Virus genome (UHGV): UHGV-0117634
Source of the DNA: a virus
Direction: 5' to 3' (one strand)
DNA length: 64,000 nucleotides
Positions 25,850-35,277 of the stretch are shown piece by piece. The position numbers and the translations under genes were made by a program. Positions within the stretch are counted from its first letter, which is position 1. Every line of letters starts with the position of its first letter. Under the pieces are notes generated by a model. The model searched no databases. It saw only the letters and a list, made by a program, of their open reading frames with translations, and was not told the DNA's origin.

Positions 25850-26710
25850 TTACTCGTCGTCAGTTTCGAAATCATCTTCGTCATCATCATCTGGGTTTGG
25901 CAGGTCGTCGTCATCGTCATCACCACCTTTACCTTCATCACCAGAATCTTTTGCATCTTCTTCAGTGATTTCGCCGTTGTCTTCAACACCTGCAAGACCA
26001 AGCATTGCCAGTTCATCTTCATCCAGTTCAGTCTCAGTAGCACCACCAGTACCACCAGTGTAAGGAACCAGAGTATCAATGATAAATTGTTCCTGAATTG
26101 GCTTGGTCAGAACGTTACCTTCAAATGTGTAGAAGTGAGTCGCCAGAATCACACTACCAAATGAGCCGTTACCAACTGCAATATCTGGATGAATTACATC
26201 GTAAGTCTTATCATCATCGTGCTTATCAGATTTTGCTGCCTTGATTTTCTTCATAGGCTGCTTAACTGCAACACGCTTACCGTTGATTTCTTCAACCAGC
26301 ATTACAGGGAAACTCTGTTTTGCTGACCACACAGCACCGTCTTTATATGCTGCTGAACGGCTAACCTTCAGGATGTGATAGGTGTCAGCTTCAAACGGAG
26401 GCTCACAACCAAACTTCTCTTCGAAGTCATCTGCATCAACAGCCTCTGTAGTAACTTTATCCCAACCTTCAGGACTCTTTTTAGACTTGGTGAACTCTTT
26501 AAAGAGCTTGTTACCATCTTTTGCCAGAATTGAAACGCTGTAGTTACAATCTTTGCCCGGAAAATGCTTATCCACAGATTTACCCTTTTGAGGACGTGGA
26601 ATAGTGTTCAGGTAATAGAACCAAACATCTTTCAGCAGGTAACGAAGAGTCTCACGTTCTTGACCATTGTACTTCTCTACCGGAGCTTTCATTTTAACAC
26701 CTTTAGACAT
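25850..26710 (-). CDS. putative ssDNA-binding protein with acidic C-terminal tail (T7 gp2.5-like architecture)
   Basis: ~40-residue Asp/Glu-rich tail (...DDDDDDLPNPDDDDEDDFETDDE) and position within the T7-like replication module; body not aligned. Confidence 0.45.
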   Translation of the reverse strand: MSKGVKMKAPVEKYNGQERETLRYLLKDVWFYYLNTIPRPQKGKSVDKHFPGKDCNYSVSILAKDGNKLFKEFTKSKKSPEGWDKVTTEAVDADDFEEKFGCEPPFEADTYHILKVSRSAAYKDGAVWSAKQSFPVMLVEEINGKRVAVKQPMKKIKAAKSDKHDDDKTYDVIHPDIAVGNGSFGSVILATHFYTFEGNVLTKPIQEQFIIDTLVPYTGGTGGATETELDEDELAMLGLAGVEDNGEITEEDAKDSGDEGKGGDDDDDDLPNPDDDDEDDFETDDE

Positions 26711-26761
26711 TTTAATACCTCTTTCTCAAATTAACTTTCAACTCAATTATCAAGGAGTACA

Positions 26762-26790
26762 ATCTTACAGACTTCGTACTCCATTGTCAA
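26762..26790 (-). promoter_or_regulatory. sigma70-like promoter upstream of SSB-like gene (TTGACA-N17-TAAGAT)
   Basis: Minus strand TTGACAatggagtacgaagtctgTAAGAT, ~50 nt upstream of the ATG. Confidence 0.4.
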
Positions 26791-26796
26791 ACATTT

Positions 26797-26934
26797 TTAA
26801 GCAGATTTTTTAGCTGCTTTACGAGCTGTCTTACCTGTGCGAACTCGCTTCTGTACATAGTGTTCAGCAGACTTACCAGCAGTTGCTTTCATGGAATCGC
26901 CAAATACTTTCTCAAATGCTTTAGAATGTTTCAT
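26797..26934 (-). CDS. small basic protein (~45 aa, not in ORF track)
   Basis: MKHSKAFEKVFGDSMKATAGKSAEHYVQKRVRTGKTARKAAKKSA; ATGA overlap with stop of 26931..27212. Confidence 0.35.
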   Translation of the reverse strand: MKHSKAFEKVFGDSMKATAGKSAEHYVQKRVRTGKTARKAAKKSA

Positions 26935-27212
26935 GAATCTCTCCGATATATTTCATATTCAAAATGTTTATTTGTCAAGGTAAACATGTAAACTGTGGAC
27001 AAATTATCAATTGCTAATGCAAACATCTCAACATTGTCTTTTGATATATGTTCAAACTTTACTTCATGTCCCTTGTTGATGAGTACTTTACCGAACTGTT
27101 CTATCTTAGTCAAGCACTCATTTACAAATTTTTCTCTACTTTTTTCTGAATAGAAGGGTGTAAAACACTCCTTCAGATAGCTATCAATCAGTTTCGAACG
27201 GACAGTCATCAT
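26931..27212 (-). CDS. hypothetical protein (93 aa)
   Basis: ORF-track ORF overlapping the 3' end of the primase-helicase gene. Confidence 0.4.
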   Translation of the reverse strand: MMTVRSKLIDSYLKECFTPFYSEKSREKFVNECLTKIEQFGKVLINKGHEVKFEHISKDNVEMFALAIDNLSTVYMFTLTNKHFEYEIYRRDS

Positions 27213-29175
27213 TATCCTCGTTAATCACAGGTGGAATGGTGGAACTTTCACGTTGTTCTTGTGTGTAAATCTCTCCAGATTCACGGTCAAAATCAACATC
27301 TTCATAGTGTGGCATAGAGTCATCGTAATGGTCTTCAGCCTCACCAATACCAAACTGCTGACGAATATTCTCTGCTGCACCATCAATATCAACACCACAT
27401 CCAGCAGCCTTTACAAGACGACCTGTATCTGGATTATACCAAGTGTGACCAGCAATACCAGTTGACTTACCATGACGGCGACATTTTGTTAGCTTGATTT
27501 TTGTCAAGTTCTTTTTAACAGGGTCTGGGTCAACCTTGTTACGCATAAGCAAAATGTTGTTCATGGAAATCTGGAAGTATGCACCAGAACCCTTGATATC
27601 TTCTTCAGAAATATCACCACCTTCAGAGTTGGCCTTTTGACCACCTGCACTCTTACGAACGTGACATACGTTTACCTGAGCATACTGATAACGCTTACAG
27701 CGACGAAGTAACTCAGACAGAACTTCTTCTTCATCTGTATCAGAGCGTGACAGTGCCAATGTAATAGGGTCAAGGATGATAATCTTACAATCGAGACTGT
27801 TAACAAGATAGTCAACAAACTCCAGCAGGTTATCTTGGTCAATTGCCCCTTGGTGGTCTACGATGTGAATACGACGACCTTTTGATAACTCAGCATGTGC
27901 AACCTTAATCTCATCCCAATTACGCTCATCGTAAGGAATCTCTGAAATCTGCTTACTAAGATGGATTGCACAGAGCATTTCCATAAGTTCTTCGTAAGTA
28001 TCCTCTACAGGAATCACACCGATGTTGTACTCAGTATCTTTCCATGCTTTGTAAATCATCTCACGAGTATATGCAGATTTACCTACAGATGAAGGTGCAG
28101 CAAGGGTTGTAATCTCGCCTAAACCATACCCGCCATAAGTCAGCTTATTCAAATCCCCGAAAGAATCTGGGAAAGGAATTAAAGGAATCTGACCACGATT
28201 CTTCATAGCATCGAAACCGTCTGCAAAGTTCTTGATACCAGCAGGACAGTAACGAGGTGCATTGTAGATTCGTTGTTTAAATCCTTCTAAGACTGTATCT
28301 TTGTCTTTGAAGAACTTAGTCCACCACTCACTAAGGTCTTTAATACCTTCAGGATACTGGAACAGTCTTACTTTCTCAATAGGTAAGATACCAGCAGCTT
28401 CCTTAGTTGCTTTAGCCCCTGCTTCATCATTATCAAAGCACAGGTAGATTTCATCAAAGGAAGTAATATACTGATAGTTCTCTTTGATAGACTTAACATT
28501 AGCACCAGATGGTACAGAAACGTGGCAGTAATTCTTACGTCTAGACTTATCTTTAATTGCTAAAGAAGTCATGTAGATTGCTGTAGCACATTCCATCTCA
28601 CCTTCCCAGATGAAAAGACGGTTACCACCTTCTGGAGCAATCCATGAACCGAACATAGCCAGTTCACCTTTAATATCTCCGACACCACCAGAAAAGTCTT
28701 TCAACTTCCCACGTAAGTGCTCTTTGTGATAGTCATCTGGATATTTGTGACGAACACGATAACCTACATGTTGCAACTTACCATCTTCATCTTTTTTGTA
28801 TGTTGGATAGAAATGTGCATCAATGTCGCCATTATCGTCAATATCAACTTTAATACCAAGACGCTCAAGGACTTTTGCAGGAATCTTCCTGTCTTTTAAA
28901 TCCATTGCTTCTAGGTTTTCTTTCACATCATCCAAATCCATACCACGAAATGTACGGTTTTTATTCTCTGAACCTGAAGTATGAGTACTCACAATCTGCC
29001 CTTTATCAAAATCCCACTCTGGAAAACCTTTTCCACAACTGAAACATGTCATTGAATATGAACCGTCATCATGACGATATATAGAACCTGCATCTGAAGA
29101 TAAACATTGAGGGCGTGGACATGCACAGTGACCTACAAATGTTCCAGCATCTTTCAGTTTTCTCTGTTTAGCCAT
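27184..29175 (-). CDS. DNA primase-helicase (T7 gp4-like)
   Basis: N-terminal Cys4 zinc finger (CACPRPQC...CFSCGKG), primase core, DnaB-type helicase with Walker A (AAPSSVGKS). Confidence 0.85.
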   Translation of the reverse strand: MAKQRKLKDAGTFVGHCACPRPQCLSSDAGSIYRHDDGSYSMTCFSCGKGFPEWDFDKGQIVSTHTSGSENKNRTFRGMDLDDVKENLEAMDLKDRKIPAKVLERLGIKVDIDDNGDIDAHFYPTYKKDEDGKLQHVGYRVRHKYPDDYHKEHLRGKLKDFSGGVGDIKGELAMFGSWIAPEGGNRLFIWEGEMECATAIYMTSLAIKDKSRRKNYCHVSVPSGANVKSIKENYQYITSFDEIYLCFDNDEAGAKATKEAAGILPIEKVRLFQYPEGIKDLSEWWTKFFKDKDTVLEGFKQRIYNAPRYCPAGIKNFADGFDAMKNRGQIPLIPFPDSFGDLNKLTYGGYGLGEITTLAAPSSVGKSAYTREMIYKAWKDTEYNIGVIPVEDTYEELMEMLCAIHLSKQISEIPYDERNWDEIKVAHAELSKGRRIHIVDHQGAIDQDNLLEFVDYLVNSLDCKIIILDPITLALSRSDTDEEEVLSELLRRCKRYQYAQVNVCHVRKSAGGQKANSEGGDISEEDIKGSGAYFQISMNNILLMRNKVDPDPVKKNLTKIKLTKCRRHGKSTGIAGHTWYNPDTGRLVKAAGCGVDIDGAAENIRQQFGIGEAEDHYDDSMPHYEDVDFDRESGEIYTQEQRESSTIPPVINEDNDDCPFETD

Positions 29176-29368
29176 TCACACCTCTTCGTTGTAGTTCTGC
29201 CTTAAGACCGTTTTCAATCTTATCAAGCTCATGGATTTCTTCTGCAATCTCTTTCCTTCTTGAAGCGACCCTTTCAAGTCGCTCCATCATAACTTCTTTG
29301 GAAAGAGATGAGAGTTCCACTGTACGGTGGTCAATTACTTTAAAGTTATTCTCTCTCATCTTCAACAC
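29168..29368 (-). CDS. small coiled-coil protein (66 aa)
   Basis: ORF-track ORF. Confidence 0.4.
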   Translation of the reverse strand: MLKMRENNFKVIDHRTVELSSLSKEVMMERLERVASRRKEIAEEIHELDKIENGLKAELQRRGVNG

Positions 29369-29371
29369 CTT

Positions 29372-30112
29372 TTACAGATTGATAATGGTTTTAAGTTTAC
29401 TCTCTAATTCTTCCATCGTTCCATTATTCTGGATAATATCACGAGAGAAGTTAGTGGAAATACCACGTTCAGAGCTATGGGAAGCCACCTGAATAGCATC
29501 TTTTCTTGTAATCTCAATTATCTGGCTATCATAGCTTTGAAGGAACTCAGCTTCAATATCAAACCTTAAATCACATATCAGTGCAATACCTATGTGACTT
29601 TTCTTAACACAATCACCATAGAATTTTTCAATACGTTCTGCTAAGTCTGTAATCCAGAAACGCTCTCCAAGAATTTTACGGATAACCTCACTACCCCAGA
29701 CTTGCTGTATTTGTCTTGAGGAAATCATATATTCATTTTTCAAACCAAGCTTTGTAAGCAATGTTGGCTTACCAACTTTCTTTAACTCTTTGATAAGTCT
29801 GTCTGTGATTTCCCCACAAAGTTTTGCATCATCTTGTATACCCTTGCTTTTCATGTTTATATTGAAAGCCCATGCCACACGAGAGTTAAGGTTGTCAAAA
29901 TCTAAGCTAAACTTTTTAGGCGTTTCTTTCGTATCACCATATAGGTCGTGCCAGTTTAAGTCAAAGATAAACCCAGCAGTTGCTTTTAAGTTATCGGCAA
30001 ACGCAAACACTTTAACAGTGTATCCAGCCTCATTCAATAGATTTTTTACAATGCTGCAAGACGTATCCTTTCCAGAACGAGCTTTTCCAGTAAATGCAAT
30101 AACACTTTTCAT
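29372..30112 (-). CDS. deoxynucleoside monophosphate kinase (T4 gp1-like)
   Basis: MKSVIAFTGKARSGKDT P-loop and C-terminal GTMEELESKLKTIINL match T4 dNMP kinase ends; start trimmed to internal Met. Confidence 0.75.
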   Translation of the reverse strand: MKSVIAFTGKARSGKDTSCSIVKNLLNEAGYTVKVFAFADNLKATAGFIFDLNWHDLYGDTKETPKKFSLDFDNLNSRVAWAFNINMKSKGIQDDAKLCGEITDRLIKELKKVGKPTLLTKLGLKNEYMISSRQIQQVWGSEVIRKILGERFWITDLAERIEKFYGDCVKKSHIGIALICDLRFDIEAEFLQSYDSQIIEITRKDAIQVASHSSERGISTNFSRDIIQNNGTMEELESKLKTIINL

Positions 30113-30169
30113 ATAAGTCACTCCATAATAAAAAGCCCCCAATTAAGGAGGCTGAAGGGTATGCCACAA

Positions 30170-30964
30170 TTATTGTAGTTGAGAACCAGTGAGTTCACGC
30201 TCAGACATTGCTTCTAGCTGCTGAACAAACTCTTCACCGAAGTTGATTGCAATTTTGGTGCTAAGAACTGCTGCACCAGTTTGACTAAATACTTCTCCGA
30301 GTGCTGCTGTATGAGCACCTTGTGACATGCTCTCTACAAAGCTTGGGTCAGACTCTAACATTTTTGACACTTCAAGTAAAGCATGAATACCCATGATACT
30401 AAAGATGGCATTTAACATTGAAGTTACTTTAACCTGAATAGGGTCTAGAGAGAGACCATTAGTAATCTCTGACAGCTTATTCATTGTCTCATCAGCATAC
30501 TGAATTGCCTTGTCAGATACTTCATCAAAGCCCCAATCCAGTTTTACATAACGTGGTGACTTATCATTCATACGCTTCTCTAGTGATGCCATTACAGCAG
30601 CAACTGGCGTACAAATACCTTTCAGAAGGTCTTCATCACTCATGTTATCAAGCTCTTTAATACCCTGCTCAGTAATCTGGATGTATCCACCTGAATACAT
30701 TTCATCAAAGATATATGTTGCAAAAGCATCAACACCAATGAGGATGGTTTTCAGAGCATCAGTCTTATTAGATAGCAGGTATTCAACCTCTTTACGGAAA
30801 TCTTCGTCATTCTCTACAGCGTTTTTTACAACACGCAGAGATTCAGGGATAAATTTTCCTGACAGTGAGTTGCTACGCATAATGATAGCAAGAGTCTCAA
30901 CAGTGTTCAGCATGAATGCTTCGTCAATACCTTTTTCTTCCAGAATCTCATTTACAGTTTTCAT
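30170..30964 (-). CDS. hypothetical protein (264 aa)
   Basis: ORF-track ORF. Confidence 0.45.
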   Translation of the reverse strand: MKTVNEILEEKGIDEAFMLNTVETLAIIMRSNSLSGKFIPESLRVVKNAVENDEDFRKEVEYLLSNKTDALKTILIGVDAFATYIFDEMYSGGYIQITEQGIKELDNMSDEDLLKGICTPVAAVMASLEKRMNDKSPRYVKLDWGFDEVSDKAIQYADETMNKLSEITNGLSLDPIQVKVTSMLNAIFSIMGIHALLEVSKMLESDPSFVESMSQGAHTAALGEVFSQTGAAVLSTKIAINFGEEFVQQLEAMSERELTGSQLQ

Positions 30965-31388
30965 CTTTAATCTCTCTCATTTTGTTAATAGTAAGTCGTG
31001 ATAATCTTAAGCTTTCTTGTGAAGAGAAGTCAAGTCCTTTTTCAGACCGTGGGAAGTAATTTCTGTCCCACGTATTCTCTGCATCCTGAAGCAGTTGGGA
31101 TAGACTATCTAAGTCCGTTCCATTTTGCAACTTATTTTTTAAGGTATCTATCAAAAAGATTGTGTCTTTCGCTTTACGTCTTTCTGAAGATATCTCTTTC
31201 ATGTGCTCAAATACCGAGCACTTTAAACCTTCGTCGTATCCACTTGATAGTTCTATCTCATGCTGAACATCAACCATTCGACGATGTTGATAAGCATACT
31301 CCTTCTGAGCCTCAATGTAAAGTGCTTCAACTCTTTCTAAAGCTTGGACAAGGTTATTGATATCTGGGTGAACGTACATCCTCTGCAT
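30948..31388 (-). CDS. hypothetical protein (146 aa)
   Basis: First gene of the leftward block next to the divergent control region. Confidence 0.45.
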   Translation of the reverse strand: MQRMYVHPDINNLVQALERVEALYIEAQKEYAYQHRRMVDVQHEIELSSGYDEGLKCSVFEHMKEISSERRKAKDTIFLIDTLKNKLQNGTDLDSLSQLLQDAENTWDRNYFPRSEKGLDFSSQESLRLSRLTINKMREIKDENCK

Positions 31389-31648
31389 AATTGCCTCTGT
31401 TAAGTATCTATAAAGATTTTAATCTCTTATCTTTATGTATGTTATACATATAACTTTAAAGCTTTTTTAAAAGCTATTAAAAATCTTTTGAGACTTTTAA
31501 AGAAACTGTATAGTTAATCTATAAAGGGAGTCTATTAAGATAAAACCCACTTCGAAAAGACTAACACCTTGTCAAGCAGTTTGTCAACTTGCTTTTTGCA
31601 GAAAATTGCTGTAGGGTATTATCCAGAATGATTTGAGAGGGAGTAAAA
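31389..31648. promoter_or_regulatory. divergent AT-rich control region with palindromes (AGCTTTTTTAAAAGCT; TATGTATgttATACATA) and TTGTCAA direct repeats
   Basis: 260-bp gene-free gap between oppositely oriented blocks; a 16-bp perfect palindrome at ~31466..31481; candidate operators and promoters, exact -35/-10 not resolved. Confidence 0.45.
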
Positions 31649-34348
31649 ATGGACAATGTAGATTTCGAAAAATTACATTTGGTTGGTGATACAGAAACTG
31701 ATGGGTTGCTCCTTGAGTTTACAAAAGCACACGTAATGGCTTTCGCAGACTATAAAGATGACAGTGATGAACCTGCTGTGTGGGTTTTCACTGATGAGCC
31801 TATTCTTGGTCACAAGTATACAAAATACATCAAAGGTGGTCTGCGTGAAGGTGTTGAGTTTGCACTGAAAGCTAAACGTCTTTGTATCCACAATGGTCTT
31901 GGTTATGACTGGTGGGTGTTTAATCACATTGCACCTGACCTGTGGAACTTTGAGAATCCTAAGTGTAAGCCTTGGAGTGACTTCTTTCAGGATTCACTTA
32001 TCCAATCTCGCGTACAGTGGATGGATAGAACTACACCAAAAGGTTACAAAGGTGCTCATGGTTTGGCTGCATGGGGTGCTCGTGTTGGTGTTCGTAAACC
32101 AGAGATTGAAGAGTGGGGTGTCTGGAATGCAGAGATTCTTACTCGTGTTGTAGAAGATATTAAGATTAACGCCAAAACTAAACGTGCTCTTGACAATGAG
32201 TATCTCAAGCTTAAGAAGTGTGGCGTGGATACTTATGAAACCTACATGCGAGCTAAAGAAACATCTTTCTGGATGAGTCAGCAAGCTATCAACGGTTGGA
32301 AAGCTGATGTAGAGCTTATGCAGTTCCACGTTAAAGAGCTTGACAAGTTAACTAATGAGTTGGCTGCTGAGGTTGAACCACACCTTCCACCAACTATTAA
32401 GACAAAAGGTAAAGTCACAGGTGAAGAATTTGCCAAGTCTTGGAACGAGTATGTAGATACATTTGGTCACGTTGACGGCTTAAAAAGGATTACCAAGTAC
32501 CCTAAGACAAAGTATCGTGAACAGATGCGTGAAGGTGAGTTGAAGCAGTACCCTATTAAGCCATATGGTAAGCCAACTACAAAGATTTTTAATGTTGAGA
32601 AACGCAACTGCTACACTCCAACTAACACGGTCACAAAAGAAGAGTACCCTGAAGGTTTTGTAGCAATGAAAGATGCTCGTGCAGTTTGTAATGAACTGAA
32701 TGAGAAGATTGGCAAGAAGTGTAAAGATTGGAAGCCAGTTAAGACTGTGAAAACTGTGAAGTACTACAATGTTCACGTTGTTAATCACTTTGAGTTAGAG
32801 TCTAGTCGCTACACTGGTTTGATTGATGCACCATTTACACCAATTGAGTTTGAAGTTTCACGAATGACTCAGGTAGCTGTGGTGAAGGATTACTTAAAAT
32901 CTGTTGGTTGGATTCCTGATGATTGGAACTATAAAAAAGATTCTGATGGTCGTCCTATCAAGGTTTGCAGATTCAAAGACAACAAAAAGATGATTCGCAA
33001 ACATCCTAAGTGGGATGAGATGGTTGAGCGTTGTGGGTTGAACTATATTGAGCATGAAGGTGTCTATTACATCGAGCATAACTGGTCTGTTAAGAAGTAC
33101 ACAGATGTGCTTGAACCTTGCTTGATTAGGACTTCACCAAAGCTTACAGAGTCTTCTTATGATACAATCGAAGGTGAGCTTGGACAGAAGATTGCGAAGT
33201 ACTATACTTTGATGCACCGACGCAGGACTATTGAGAACTCAAAGGATGATGAGAAAGGTTGGCTGAACCAGATTCGTCCAGATGGTCGTTTGAGTGCAGG
33301 TGCAATGGTGTTTGGTACTTCTACTGGACGTATGACTCAGTATGGTATTGTAAACGTACCTTCTGGTGCTGCTGTTTACGGTGAGCCAATGAGGGCAGTG
33401 TGGATTTGTGAAGAGGGAACCAACGTAGTATCTGTTGATATGAACTCTGCACAGCTTGTACTACTCTGTAACTTCATGGGTGATAAAGACTTCACCAAAG
33501 CGGTAACAGAGGGTAAAGAAGAGATTGAGTTTGTTCGTCAAGAGGATGGAAGATACTACTGCAAACACTTTGACCAGTATCTGAATCCAGAGATTGACAA
33601 GTATCTGCGTTATGACTCTGAAAACGATTTGTACGTAGTTTACTCAGGGACTGATGCTCACACTCTGAACAGTATCTACTTCAGCCTTAATGATGAGCAA
33701 GATATCTTGACTTGTCGTGCTACTCAGGATGAGAATCTTCTTCATGAGATTAGCAAGGGACGTAAGAAAGCTAAGAATGGTATCTATGCCCTGTTGTTCG
33801 GTGCAGGTGATGAGAAGTTTGCTAAAACAATTAAAGCAGCAACTACTCAGGAAGGTGCATTGACTAAGCAGACTTACTTTGTGCGTTTACCGAAGATTAA
33901 GAAACTGTTAGACAACTTGGAAGCTGATTTCAAAGCAACTAAGAAAGCACTTGAAGAGGTGTTTGGTAAGACTGCTGCAATCTCTAAAGGTGGTTTTGTG
34001 AAGGTTGCTGGGGCTTGGCTGTGGTGTAAGTCTCCACACAAACTCTTGAACTATTTGTTAATGGGTTCAGAAGCACAAGTTCAGAATGAAGCAATCAACC
34101 TTGCATGTCGTCGTATGATTGATGAGGGTTTGATGAAGTTGAATGGTCGTAAACCAGCTATTGGTGCTCGCTTACTCTGTGCTTACCACGATGAAACAAG
34201 CTGGGAATGTCCAGAGAGCATGACAGCAGATGTGAAAGCAGTAACTGACTGGTATTATGGTCAAGCATCTAAGAACCTTGGACTAAGAAAAGAGACACTA
34301 GTCACAGGTGCAGGGAAAGTTGGTAAATCGTGGCTTGAAGTCCACTAA
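31649..34348 (+). CDS. DNA polymerase, family A, with 3'-5' exonuclease domain
   Basis: Exo I motif DTETDGLL; Pol A motif B RKKAKNGIYALLFG and motif C YHDE; 899 aa. Confidence 0.9.
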   Translation: MDNVDFEKLHLVGDTETDGLLLEFTKAHVMAFADYKDDSDEPAVWVFTDEPILGHKYTKYIKGGLREGVEFALKAKRLCIHNGLGYDWWVFNHIAPDLWNFENPKCKPWSDFFQDSLIQSRVQWMDRTTPKGYKGAHGLAAWGARVGVRKPEIEEWGVWNAEILTRVVEDIKINAKTKRALDNEYLKLKKCGVDTYETYMRAKETSFWMSQQAINGWKADVELMQFHVKELDKLTNELAAEVEPHLPPTIKTKGKVTGEEFAKSWNEYVDTFGHVDGLKRITKYPKTKYREQMREGELKQYPIKPYGKPTTKIFNVEKRNCYTPTNTVTKEEYPEGFVAMKDARAVCNELNEKIGKKCKDWKPVKTVKTVKYYNVHVVNHFELESSRYTGLIDAPFTPIEFEVSRMTQVAVVKDYLKSVGWIPDDWNYKKDSDGRPIKVCRFKDNKKMIRKHPKWDEMVERCGLNYIEHEGVYYIEHNWSVKKYTDVLEPCLIRTSPKLTESSYDTIEGELGQKIAKYYTLMHRRRTIENSKDDEKGWLNQIRPDGRLSAGAMVFGTSTGRMTQYGIVNVPSGAAVYGEPMRAVWICEEGTNVVSVDMNSAQLVLLCNFMGDKDFTKAVTEGKEEIEFVRQEDGRYYCKHFDQYLNPEIDKYLRYDSENDLYVVYSGTDAHTLNSIYFSLNDEQDILTCRATQDENLLHEISKGRKKAKNGIYALLFGAGDEKFAKTIKAATTQEGALTKQTYFVRLPKIKKLLDNLEADFKATKKALEEVFGKTAAISKGGFVKVAGAWLWCKSPHKLLNYLLMGSEAQVQNEAINLACRRMIDEGLMKLNGRKPAIGARLLCAYHDETSWECPESMTADVKAVTDWYYGQASKNLGLRKETLVTGAGKVGKSWLEVH

Positions 34349-34409
34349 TAGTGTTGACAAGGTGCTCATGGAAGAGTACCTTATACTATATATTATATAG
34401 GAGACTTGT

Positions 34410-34610
34410 ATGACTATTTCAGAAATTGAAGTTCAACTGCAATGTGCTGGATATTCTCAAAGTGAGATTGAGGCTATGTGCATCATCATTTGCAGTAGCC
34501 ATAAGCACCTCAAGCTTTCTAATGAAAATCTTCGCAAGGTTGATATTTTTATTGCTGGAGGTAAGATTATCAAGGATAAGACAGGATACCTTAAAGGTGA
34601 ACGTCTATGA
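34410..34610 (+). CDS. hypothetical protein (66 aa)
   Basis: ORF-track ORF with RBS. Confidence 0.4.
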   Translation: MTISEIEVQLQCAGYSQSEIEAMCIIICSSHKHLKLSNENLRKVDIFIAGGKIIKDKTGYLKGERL

Positions 34611-34816
34611 GCCATCGTGGAAGAACTCATCTCGCTATGATGCAAGGTGCTTCAAAAGAGACTATCAAGAATCGGAAGAAAACTCTTTTTGACAGAATGA
34701 ATAGACTCATTGATAATGCGAGCCTACCTAACTCTGAAAAGGTTTTCTTGAAAGGAAATCTGAAGAGTATTGCACAGGAACTTATTGACATTGAATTTTG
34801 GAGACACCAAAAATGA
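34607..34816 (+). CDS. hypothetical protein (69 aa)
   Basis: ATGA overlap with upstream gene. Confidence 0.4.
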   Translation: MSHRGRTHLAMMQGASKETIKNRKKTLFDRMNRLIDNASLPNSEKVFLKGNLKSIAQELIDIEFWRHQK

Positions 34817-35070
34817 GCAGCAAAGAAGAAGAAGGTTTAGCAATAATCCGTCACAAAAACCCTCAGATATCATTCGTTTCTGAAGCATGGTGTCGTGGTT
34901 TAGACTATCAATGGTACTTAGATTTGTGTAAAATGAAATCTGTAGAGCCAGTAAAAGAAGGGACTTTCAAGGAACTTTACAAGACCGTCCAAGAAGGTTA
35001 CGAAGAAAACTGTGAAAAAGGAAATCAACTATGTGGAAAACAATCATTGCACTTGGAGTGCTTTTTCTAA
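34813..35070 (+). CDS. hypothetical protein (~85 aa)
   Basis: Start moved to second Met (GGAGA RBS, ATGA overlap with the upstream stop). Confidence 0.4.
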   Translation: MSSKEEEGLAIIRHKNPQISFVSEAWCRGLDYQWYLDLCKMKSVEPVKEGTFKELYKTVQEGYEENCEKGNQLCGKQSLHLECFF

Positions 35071-35276
35071 CTGGCTGTAACCCAAGCTACGATAACAAAG
35101 AAGGGAGCTACACACTACCTCCAGAGATGAGAGATTGCTCAATCTATCGGCTGAATGGTTCCATGATTAATAGGGACTTGGTAGTTGTTCGTTGTCCAAA
35201 TTCACAGACTACAACTACCTCTAAAGTTGGTAGAAGTAGTACCCAAAGTGTAACAGTTATCAACGAAGGATATTAA
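35031..35276 (+). CDS. small lipoprotein (candidate superinfection-exclusion protein)
   Basis: Signal peptide plus lipobox (VLFLTG-C), ~60-aa mature part with two further Cys. Confidence 0.45.
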   Translation: MWKTIIALGVLFLTGCNPSYDNKEGSYTLPPEMRDCSIYRLNGSMINRDLVVVRCPNSQTTTTSKVGRSSTQSVTVINEGY

Positions 35277-35277
35277 G

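Noticed and set aside
25779-26063. Ser-rich 94-aa plus-strand ORF (with 25840..26079 minus ORF)
   Set aside because: Mirror images of the GAT/GAC-rich codons for the acidic tail of the SSB-like gene; no independent start signals.
30130-30155. Terminator-like A-run plus GC-rich segment upstream of the dNMP kinase gene
   Set aside because: Arms are not complementary when written out; no stable stem.
16337-34348. Inteins or introns in nrdA, nrdD or the DNA polymerase
   Set aside because: Protein lengths (744, ~713 and 899 aa) are normal and catalytic motifs are contiguous; no inserted endonuclease-like block inside these ORFs.
34354-34387. TTGACA followed by TATACT downstream of the polymerase gene as a sigma70 promoter
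   Set aside because: Hexamers are separated by ~22 nt, outside the 16-18 nt window; may still be a phage-specific promoter but not supportable as canonical.
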